From Candidatus Latescibacterota bacterium (lineage in GTDB: Bacteria > Latescibacterota > CBDEFO01): a stretch of 64,000 nt of DNA. Under the pieces are notes generated by a model, which worked only from the letters and a program-made list of their open reading frames with translations, was not told the origin of the DNA and did no database searches. A program made the position numbers and the translations under genes. The DNA is taken from the NCBI GenBank assembly GCA_965248755.1, contig OZ252149.1:224001-288000 (forward strand). Direction: 5' to 3'. This document shows positions 10,473 to 18,753 of the stretch, one piece after another; within the stretch, counting starts at the first letter, position 1, and every line of letters begins with the position of its first letter.

Positions 10473-10484
10473 ACCTATCGGGGG
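10462..10484. repeat. Short palindromic element overlapping the TolB-like stop codon
   Basis: CCTCCGATTGAACCTATCGGGGG; its TGA (10470-10472) ends the ORF. Confidence 0.85.
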
Positions 10485-10715
10485 CTAGACATCACGCAGC
10501 TTCCGCGATAGAGTACCGAGCACCCTCGAAGGCTCCTGACAAGCAATGAATGAAGGCGCAAGTGAAGAGAGGTTCGTCTGCCAAGATACGCTATGGCAAT
10601 CCTTCCAATCCCTGAGAAAGAGAAACATATATTCAACGTTACACTACAGCAAAACTTAAGCAAAACTTAAACCTTTACCTTTCCGCAGAATCAGAGTTCT
10701 TATGAAAAACAAGTC

Positions 10716-10744
10716 TTGACATCCGAAAGAGAGACTATTAAATT
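10716..10744 (+). promoter_or_regulatory. Sigma70-type promoter (upstream copy)
   Basis: TTGACA-17-TAAATT. Confidence 0.45.
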
Positions 10745-10955
10745 CGGAAGTAATTCGAATTTAATACGTCCGAGTAGTATAACTTCACAGAGAGTACGCT
10801 GTTTGGCACATTTAAGGTGAGCGTCCCTCGAAGGTGACTGTCCGTTGATTGAACTGCACACTAAAGTTGTAGAAATGTAGCCGCCGTAGGTATGTCTACT
10901 ATAAGCCCATAAGCCGGTTTTTTTCAAAAACCATGTGGCATCTCAAAAAAATATC

Positions 10956-10984
10956 TTGACATCTACAAGAGATATTAATAGATT
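10956..10984 (+). promoter_or_regulatory. Sigma70-type promoter
   Basis: TTGACA-17-TAGATT, A-tract upstream, overlapped by the imperfect inverted repeat AATATCTTG...CAAGAGATATT. Confidence 0.55.
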
Positions 10985-11236
10985 AGTAAAGCAAAGCTGG
11001 CGCAATTTCCACAAGTAGAGTCTTGTTTTTGAATCCTGCAAGGGATGTTAGGCGTCCCAAGGACGGTAGCGTCTCGCAGACACAAAATCTCAAGAAAGGA
11101 GGTGGTGTTAAGTTATTGATTCTGGAATATGATAACCGCTAAAGGAGGTGGTGAAAAAGGAGCGTTATACTGGTCTAAGTGTAATATATAGAATCCGTTG
11201 TATGAGTTAATAATCTTCAACGAAAGGATTGTCACA

Positions 11237-12106
11237 ATGAAGAAGATGTTAGCAATGTTCATAGTACTGGGAGTCGTGGTCTTTGCTGCTTCGATGAGTT
11301 CCGCTCACCTGAGGACAGATGAGATCTTTGTCGTGCCCCATGTTCCTGATAATCTTTCAGTGGACGGTGATGGGTCCGAGTGGCAGATGCTTCCTCGGCA
11401 GTACTATTTAACGATGGATGATCTGTTAGAGACCACCGATAAGGGGGTTTCAATGGACCCCGCCAACCTCGCCGTGAAGGTAGCCTGGGGATGGAGCTCG
11501 GTGACCAACAAGATCTATATGTGGGAGGAGAGATTTGACAACTTCTCTAATGCACGGATAACTACGACAGACCGTCAGGAAAACATCGAATTTGGTCTCG
11601 ATGCTGACCACGGCGGAGAACGGATGAACAACGTGGCTGTAGAAGATCTGGATGGGGCCAGGTGGGAAGGAGCTCGAGGTCAGGGCTATCGCTATTATCT
11701 GAACAGAGAGGATCCACTCTGGCATTGGGGAGCGTCCACGTGGGCAAGTCTGTCTCCTTATGCCGAGATCGGCTGGGATTTGGATGGCGAAATAGGTGGG
11801 GAAGGCGTCCAGACTGTAGAATTATCCGTCACTCCGTTTGACGACCTGCATCCTGAGGGTATTGATCAGAGCACGATACACACCCTTACAGAGGGAGAGG
11901 TCGTAGGAATCGTCTTTGCCGTTAAGGACAATGACGATCCCGAAAGTGGTGGCTACGACCAAGGCTGGTGGTCTAGCAGTCACGCAACTGCCGACTGCTG
12001 TGCGGATTCGTTTAATGATTACGTCCTGCTTGGTTTTGAGCCTGATATCTGGACAGCTGTTGAGACAGACAGCTGGGGACGCATCAAGTCAACCTTTAGA
12101 GAATAA
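11237..12106 (+). CDS. Secreted CBM9/DOMON-like protein with C-terminal TAVETDSWGRIK motif
   Basis: Signal peptide MKKMLAMF...SSA; VDGDGSEW motif typical of CBM9-like domains; paralog at 22999-23898. Confidence 0.75.
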   Translation: MKKMLAMFIVLGVVVFAASMSSAHLRTDEIFVVPHVPDNLSVDGDGSEWQMLPRQYYLTMDDLLETTDKGVSMDPANLAVKVAWGWSSVTNKIYMWEERFDNFSNARITTTDRQENIEFGLDADHGGERMNNVAVEDLDGARWEGARGQGYRYYLNREDPLWHWGASTWASLSPYAEIGWDLDGEIGGEGVQTVELSVTPFDDLHPEGIDQSTIHTLTEGEVVGIVFAVKDNDDPESGGYDQGWWSSSHATADCCADSFNDYVLLGFEPDIWTAVETDSWGRIKSTFRE

Positions 12107-12127
12107 GAAGGAAAGAAGTTAGATGTC

Positions 12128-12170
12128 AAGGGGGGCCGGTTGTTATTCACTACGCGCCCCCCTTTTTCTT
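12128..12170 (+). terminator. Intrinsic terminator
   Basis: AAGGGGGGC...GCCCCCCTT stem followed by a T-run, just after the stop at 12106. Confidence 0.65.
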
Positions 12171-12399
12171 GGGTCCGCAGGACGTAGCAGTGGACTACGA
12201 ACCATTCCTGCTGAGATCCAGTCCAATTAGCTAACGTGCCTTTGTCTGCAACAATCAGGGTAACGCCTCCTGCGTTATCGTCCATAGAATTGGGAGGCCC
12301 CCTTCACCTGCAGGCAAGGAGAGTCTTCAGGAGATAGGAATCGATTTAAGCAAAGCAAGCTGCTTGAACTCTGAGTTCATGGAAGGTCTCTCTCTTCAG

Positions 12400-13690
12400 C
12401 ACGCAAACGTTGGCTTGCATCAGCCTAATCCGACCCAGGACGGTGAGAACATAGCTTTGCCGATATTTCAGCAGTTATGGATGCGCAAACTATCGGTAGA
12501 TTGATAGTTAAAGTGATTGTCTATTAATTACACTATTACATACATAAGAGTACAGAAGTAGATGGCGATTTGGAAGTAAACTATCTAGGCTGGCAGGTTC
12601 GACTCTGCTTGCTTTGGTGGACGTCGTTATTTCAATATATGTTCCTCCTCAATGATTATCTACAGGACCAGAACGGCCTTTTTATCCGCAGAAAGAGACG
12701 GCCTCCAGGTGATAGGAGTCGATTTTAGGGAGATTGGCTGGTTGAAATCTGATTTTCTGTCGGACCTCGTTACAGATGCGTTAGATCATGAGGGAGAGAA
12801 CATAGCCTTAACGGTCGAGACAGAGGGACATGTTACTTCTGACGGAAGAGTTACTGTAAATCTACCAGGTTATGACGGAGACCGCGGATTAGCTGAGATA
12901 CAACTTTTCGGGGAGGGCACCGTAGCAGAGACCAGACGGCATCTAACTTTTGCGGAACAGCCCCCTTATTAGAGCTACCTGCGCCAAGGAAGCTGAGGTC
13001 CTTATCGAGGACCTTCTGGAGTCAGGCTGAACTTTAAGCAGGTAAAGCTTTCAAGTAAAGCTTTACAGAAGCGGCAGCCAACGTGAAAGTTATACAGTTG
13101 ACAGCAAGGGGGTAGACATCATTAGCAGATTAGGATGATTCTCTTTGGTTTCGTCTGCCCAGCCTTATGAAAGCTACTACTGGCGACTCTTCTAATCGAG
13201 GTCAAGTCCGCGAATTATACGGATTTAGCACATTTTTCGATGGTTCAATAGCCAACTCTTCCATAAAGGGTCCCTGGCAGACAACGGACGATGGTGATGC
13301 AAATGGCGTTACAGACAGCGAAAAGACAGTAGTATTAGCGCTTGAAGGAAACAAGATATTAGATAGCCAAGATATTAGATATCATTAAAGTAGTCGATCC
13401 TGAGAATCTCACACCGAAGGGTGATGGGATCAACGATGAGCGGACATAATCTTTTCAGTGTTGCGAGTGAGGTTATTAACACCTGTCCAGGTGCAGACAT
13501 AACTATCCTGGCGGCAACAAAGTTCGTGAATTGCTCAATGATCCTCTTTCCTCCCGGAGATATACAGTTCCCCGGTGATGGCACCGATAAGTCAGGAGAG
13601 CCAGCCACTGTGCTGGTATATACGTTATGAGGCTTATTGTTGATACCGATTCAGATTCGGGGGAAGATACTTCAGTCAGCCGGTTAGTTC
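12400..13690 (+). pseudogene. Degraded paralog of the downstream FlgD-Ig-tailed protein
   Basis: Fragments in different frames: GENIAL (twice), LAEIQLFGEG (cf. IDEFQVFGEG), LTPKGDGINDE (cf. FTPNGDGIND), GDGTDKSGEP..VY (cf. WDGTDDGGE..PGTY). Confidence 0.55.
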
Positions 13691-13731
13691 AGGTTGTATA
13701 TTAGCTTTGCCTAAAAAGAGGAGTAGATTGA

Positions 13732-15918
13732 ATGGACAGCAGTTTTTTTAGAAACTCATGGCTATTAGCCCTTCTTTTTGTGTCAGTGGTACTTATAACA
13801 AGAAAGTCTCATGGGGAAACGATCGTAATAGGAGGAGGCCCGGGCGCCCTTCCCTGGGACGAGCAATATTCTGATTTGTCGGTCATAGATTTTGACACGA
13901 ACCCCGGTACGATTCTACCCCGACAGACCGATCCTAACGATAACCTCTCTCTGGGTTTAATCGCAAGGGGGGGGGCTGTAACTTCACCTAACGCGGATAA
14001 AACGCTTGGAGTGACTAATGATTTCGTAAACAAGCGGTTAGCAACTATGGTTAGCGGTGATACTTTGGCTTTTGAAGTTAGTGATATCTCATCCGCAGGA
14101 ATAATAATTTTTATAGACCTGGGCGAGACTTTTGGTGTCAACAGGATCAAGTTTTTCCCAAGAAGTGACCATGAACAGTTTTTTTTGAGGGGCTATGAGA
14201 TATCCGTGAACGATGGGAGCAAGGAACAGACGAGCCAGCAAGGGAATCCTGTGTTCAGGCACTGGTGGTCGACCTCTAACAACACCGATCCTGTGGTTGA
14301 TCTGCATGTCCCACTGCAAAATGTCCGTTTTATACGGCTACAGCAGATTGTAAGTTCGGAGTGGGAGATAGACGAGTTTCAGGTCTTCGGCGAAGGTTAT
14401 GTACGCTCAGCGGCGTACACATCAAGGATACTCGACTCTTTTGATATGTTAAACCAGGGACAGCTTTCCATCTTTGGCGGTATAGAATGGTCCAAGGGGA
14501 GTATAGGCCAACCGGACAAATCGAGTGCGACCGTAACGGCAAGGAGTGGAAATGGAACAAGCTCCAGCGACGTTGTTTGGAGCGATTGGTCTCCGCCCTA
14601 TCCGGCGGGCGCCCTTACTGATATTCTCTTGCCAGCACCCCGCCGGTTTTTTCAGTTTCACATACTCTTTGAGAGCAACGATCTTGAGTCCGCCGCGACT
14701 GTCGATTCACTGGCCTTTCAAGTTTCTCCTGCAGTGGCTGACTCCATAAAGGGCGAGATATGGCCGCAAACTACACGCGTCGCCCAGGACACTAGGTTCG
14801 CCTACACGATAAGATCCTTTAACAGCACAGGCTTCGACACCCTCGAAATAAAGACCCTCGCTCCAGTGGACGTGGTAAGCTCGGTGCAAATAGATGGAAT
14901 TGAAGTTGATGATATTGACAAAACGGATGTCAAAGACGGGTTCAAAATAGCCTTTCCTAGAATTACGGGGGACAAGACCCTCAGGGTAATGTTCAACAGC
15001 TTGGCTTTACAGTATAACACAATCTTCAGCGGAAAGGTCTGGGATAGCCAAAGACCCGACTGGTTTCCCCAATCGGTAGTAGATGGAGACGTAGCCTCGG
15101 ATTTTGGCATATTCCTGGATGGCTTGGGCAATATCTATATCGCAGATACGTTCAATCATCGGATACGCAAGGTGGATACGTCAGGTATCATCAATACTGT
15201 GGCAGGAAATGGCATTGCTGGATTTTCCGGTGATGGTGGTCCTGCTACCAGTGCGAGCTTGAATGTTCCTTCTGGCGTATTCGTGGATGGCTTGGGCAAT
15301 ATCTATATCGCAGATACGTTCAATCATCGGATACGTAAGGTGGATATGTCGGGCATCATCAATACTGTGGCAGGAAATGGCATCCGGGGATTTTCCGGCG
15401 ATGATAGTCTGGCTACGAGCGCGAGTTTAGACTTTCCTGAGGGCGTATTCGTGGATGGCTTGGGCAATATCTCTATCCCGGATCAGAGAAATCAACGGAT
15501 ACGTATTGTGGATACGTCGGGCATCATCTCCACCGTGGCCCGTACGCTGCCAGCCGGAGATGACCTTTCTGTCGAACTAAAAATAGATAAAGAATTAGAT
15601 GTGATCTATTCCATAAAGACAGAGCCTAATCCCTTTACACCAAACGGAGATGGAATAAACGATATCCTCTTTGTAACCTATGACATTGTAAACCTGACAG
15701 ATATAGTCCCGGTCTCCGTAAGTGTATACGATCTTTCAGGCAGGCTTAGAAAGGAGATCTATTCGGGTCAGGACTCCAGCGGGAGATACCCACGGGACTG
15801 GGACGGAACAGACGACGGCGGAGAACTGCTTCCGCCTGGAACGTATTTACTTCGTGTGGAGCTAAAAACAGATTCGGGGACACTGGGGAAAACAGAAACC
15901 GTATCTGTAGTCTATTGA
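13732..15918 (+). CDS. Secreted multidomain protein: discoidin-like region, NHL repeats, C-terminal FlgD-Ig/T9SS-B-like domain
   Basis: Signal peptide; IDLGETFGVNRIKFFPR; NHL repeats; C-terminal PNPFTPNGDGIND...VYDLSGR...WDGTD...PPGTY. Confidence 0.8.
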   Translation: MDSSFFRNSWLLALLFVSVVLITRKSHGETIVIGGGPGALPWDEQYSDLSVIDFDTNPGTILPRQTDPNDNLSLGLIARGGAVTSPNADKTLGVTNDFVNKRLATMVSGDTLAFEVSDISSAGIIIFIDLGETFGVNRIKFFPRSDHEQFFLRGYEISVNDGSKEQTSQQGNPVFRHWWSTSNNTDPVVDLHVPLQNVRFIRLQQIVSSEWEIDEFQVFGEGYVRSAAYTSRILDSFDMLNQGQLSIFGGIEWSKGSIGQPDKSSATVTARSGNGTSSSDVVWSDWSPPYPAGALTDILLPAPRRFFQFHILFESNDLESAATVDSLAFQVSPAVADSIKGEIWPQTTRVAQDTRFAYTIRSFNSTGFDTLEIKTLAPVDVVSSVQIDGIEVDDIDKTDVKDGFKIAFPRITGDKTLRVMFNSLALQYNTIFSGKVWDSQRPDWFPQSVVDGDVASDFGIFLDGLGNIYIADTFNHRIRKVDTSGIINTVAGNGIAGFSGDGGPATSASLNVPSGVFVDGLGNIYIADTFNHRIRKVDMSGIINTVAGNGIRGFSGDDSLATSASLDFPEGVFVDGLGNISIPDQRNQRIRIVDTSGIISTVARTLPAGDDLSVELKIDKELDVIYSIKTEPNPFTPNGDGINDILFVTYDIVNLTDIVPVSVSVYDLSGRLRKEIYSGQDSSGRYPRDWDGTDDGGELLPPGTYLLRVELKTDSGTLGKTETVSVVY
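15106..15540 (+). repeat. 168-bp tandem repeat x2.6 (NHL blades)
   Basis: Units start at 15106, 15274 and 15442 and are highly similar at DNA level. Confidence 0.9.
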
Positions 15919-15965
15919 CCCCCGATTGAATCCCCGATAGAAGCAATCGGGGATTCAATCGGGGG
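15919..15965. repeat. Nested short palindromic element
   Basis: CCCCCGATTGAAT [CCCCGATAGAAGCAATCGGGG] ATTCAATCGGGGG, immediately after the stop codon. Confidence 0.95.
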
Positions 15966-16020
15966 CTTTAACTAATGTCAAAGCTGTAGCTGTTCTAACT
16001 TGTACCCGAGGGAGGGTTCA

Positions 16021-18753
16021 ATGATAATTGGTCACACCTTCAGATCTAAGGCGCGTGGTATCGTCCCTCTTATGCTTTGGGCGGGGATGATTTTCAACTC
16101 TATTGCTTACTCCCAAGATTACAGTGCGTCTCGGATAGGTGTGCGTCGGGGTGGGAAGATCACCTACGAACCGCAAGGACCTGGTGTCCTGTTCGGCGCT
16201 TTGGACCCGGCGGTCAAGAAATGGTATGTGCCGCAGGAGCTCTTCATGGAGTACCAATGGAAGCAGTGGGAGTACACAAACTACGCCCGGGACCGCTACC
16301 AGCGGTATGTGGACATCTCACATGAGGGAGATTATTTCTACGATCTCTATGGCTCCTATATCAGTCGTGGGTGGTTGATCTACGACTGGACCCAGACACA
16401 GGACCAGCCGAGAGGTAGCAGGATATTCAAGACTGAGAAATACAAAACTTTTTTCAGCAACTTGCTGGTGTCCTCTGATCAAAAGGGACAGTACCATCTG
16501 GGGGTAACAATAGGCGATGAAATCAGGACGACGCTGACTCCGATGACCTTCTCAAAGCCTTCGTTCAGCGGGATCCAGATAGATTATCAATCCGACGTAT
16601 ATGAAGCCACGGCGCTCCTTGCCCGGCCCAGTTCCCCCGCAGGCGCCGGTGCAGTAGCCTCAGAACAAACAAGCCAGACGGTCTTAACTGGGGGGAGGGC
16701 CACGGCCCAATTGGGCGATTTTGTCAAAATCGGAGCCACCTACGTAAATGTCCATAACTCTACGACACTTTTAGAGAGCTTCGAGGGGAGTCCGAGAAGC
16801 GGATCCCTCTCCATAGGCCAAAATTTACAGAGCGTAACAAAACTTTTCATAAGGATTTTGGACGATTCCCCCGAGGATAAGGAGGATGGAGCCGCCCTAT
16901 TTTCATGGGATCTGATCATAGAAGCGGATATTAAAATCGTTACTGAAAACATTGACGAAGAGGGAATCGGGACGATCGTAAGGACGATCGAAAGACAGGT
17001 AGTCAGGGCAAGCGAAGTGGGACTCATCCCTTCTCCTCAGGGCGGCGTCCCGCGCAGAGGTTTCTGGGAGGCATCAGGAGCTGAAGCGATAGACCTGCTG
17101 TTTGATCTTAGAGAGGGGTCATATACAGGCCCTGATCCGACGCAGATAAAGAAGGTCACGTTCGAAGTGGTGGTGGCAAACGACTACAGGGTAGAGGTGT
17201 CTTCAGACCGTCAGAATGACAGGATTGGAAACATTGTATATCTGTTAGCAGCCAGAGCCGATGGCAATGTAAAAGACAGCTCGAATCTGAAGCTCCTCAG
17301 GATCGACTACGGTCTGCCAACAGCCACCGAGATATATGGGGTAACGCTGGAGGCAAACGATATTTTGGGATTTGATATTTACGGAGAATATGACCGGAGC
17401 CGCAGTTACAGAAAATATCCCAACAGCCTGGAGACAAAACACAAAACAGCCTCCGACGAAGCCGATGCATGGATGGTAAACATATCAAAGATTGAGTATC
17501 CATGGTTCCTCTTCGGAGAGGCTTACAGCATGGAAGACAATTATAATACATCCGCATTTCTTACGAATTTTGGTGCGAATGATATATTTTACGATGAAAT
17601 TGGGAATTTCAAGTACGAACTTGTGGACGATAACGACGATCAAGATAGAAACCCAGATTGGGGTAGGAAATTCCAAGGTTTGGACACTAAGGTATTTCCG
17701 GGCTTCGATGAGAACCAGGATTTTATATCCGACTTTAATCAAAATGACAGCAGGGACAGGCCAAACGCGGTGCCTGACTATGATGAGCCCTTTTTAAGGT
17801 ATGGCACAGATCGGCCGGAGTTTCTATTCGGGATAGATATGAACAACAATAAGTGGGTGGATCGCTTCGAAAATGATGACGACGCCGACTTTCCTTACGA
17901 CATAGACCATAGAGGATTCAACGCTTATGTTGGTCTTCATGTAACTCCGGAAGTGAGGCTTATGATCGGGCAAAACAGAGAAGAACTCCTTTCCGGAGAT
18001 GGGGACAATATCACCAGCTACGTCCTCTTTACTCTGGACAAGGACTTCCCAGCATTGGGTAGGCTGAAGATATTCGAGAATTTTAAGTTGGCAAAGGACA
18101 ACATAGAAGATGACCTTCGCCAATGGGATGAACGAGCAAGGAGGAACGTTCCAACTCCCGATCCTCTGGCAGCTCAAGATACCTGGATAAATTCGGCCTT
18201 TGTAAGTTTTGACTACACAAAGAAGAGAAACCTGAACATTATCAGCAAGCTAAAATTCGATGTGTGGAACCAAAGGTCAGAACGGGAGGATTTCAACTTT
18301 TTCGGCCTGATCAATAAAGCCGACTATACCTTTAAGATAGGGGTTCTTGATATCCAACCTCGGATTAAAAACGCACTCAGGATCTCCCACGGATCACCGC
18401 CTATATTTGTGGCCTCGGAAGCCGCGGAGCTTAGATCGGATCCCAAGCGAAGGGAAAATACTCTAATTCTCTTTACGATAGCGACACTACCAGTGCTTAA
18501 TGGCTCGGAATTTCAAGGTGGAGTTGAGTACACGATCTTCCGACAGCTGAGGCAAGAGCTGAGGCAAGGATTAACAGACCACTTTAAAGAATCAGTACTT
18601 GCAGTGCAATTCTCCAACGCTGTGGACTACCTGGGATACAAGCTGATAAGCCAGTTCGGGATGAGATGGAGCAGAAAGAAGCTCGCCGGCGAGGAGGATG
18701 CGGTAACGGGCAGTGTAGCCTTTGCTACGGTATATGCCGGTGTGCAAGAATAA
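16021..18753 (+). CDS. Large exported hypothetical protein, probable outer-membrane protein
   Basis: Signal peptide, aromatic-rich N-terminus, Asp-rich Ca-binding-like motifs, alternating beta-strand-like C-terminal segments; GGAGG SD. Confidence 0.75.
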   Translation: MIIGHTFRSKARGIVPLMLWAGMIFNSIAYSQDYSASRIGVRRGGKITYEPQGPGVLFGALDPAVKKWYVPQELFMEYQWKQWEYTNYARDRYQRYVDISHEGDYFYDLYGSYISRGWLIYDWTQTQDQPRGSRIFKTEKYKTFFSNLLVSSDQKGQYHLGVTIGDEIRTTLTPMTFSKPSFSGIQIDYQSDVYEATALLARPSSPAGAGAVASEQTSQTVLTGGRATAQLGDFVKIGATYVNVHNSTTLLESFEGSPRSGSLSIGQNLQSVTKLFIRILDDSPEDKEDGAALFSWDLIIEADIKIVTENIDEEGIGTIVRTIERQVVRASEVGLIPSPQGGVPRRGFWEASGAEAIDLLFDLREGSYTGPDPTQIKKVTFEVVVANDYRVEVSSDRQNDRIGNIVYLLAARADGNVKDSSNLKLLRIDYGLPTATEIYGVTLEANDILGFDIYGEYDRSRSYRKYPNSLETKHKTASDEADAWMVNISKIEYPWFLFGEAYSMEDNYNTSAFLTNFGANDIFYDEIGNFKYELVDDNDDQDRNPDWGRKFQGLDTKVFPGFDENQDFISDFNQNDSRDRPNAVPDYDEPFLRYGTDRPEFLFGIDMNNNKWVDRFENDDDADFPYDIDHRGFNAYVGLHVTPEVRLMIGQNREELLSGDGDNITSYVLFTLDKDFPALGRLKIFENFKLAKDNIEDDLRQWDERARRNVPTPDPLAAQDTWINSAFVSFDYTKKRNLNIISKLKFDVWNQRSEREDFNFFGLINKADYTFKIGVLDIQPRIKNALRISHGSPPIFVASEAAELRSDPKRRENTLILFTIATLPVLNGSEFQGGVEYTIFRQLRQELRQGLTDHFKESVLAVQFSNAVDYLGYKLISQFGMRWSRKKLAGEEDAVTGSVAFATVYAGVQE

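Noticed and set aside
12592..12610. GCAGGTTCGACTCTGC, tRNA T-arm-like
   Set aside because: No acceptor, D or anticodon stems around it.
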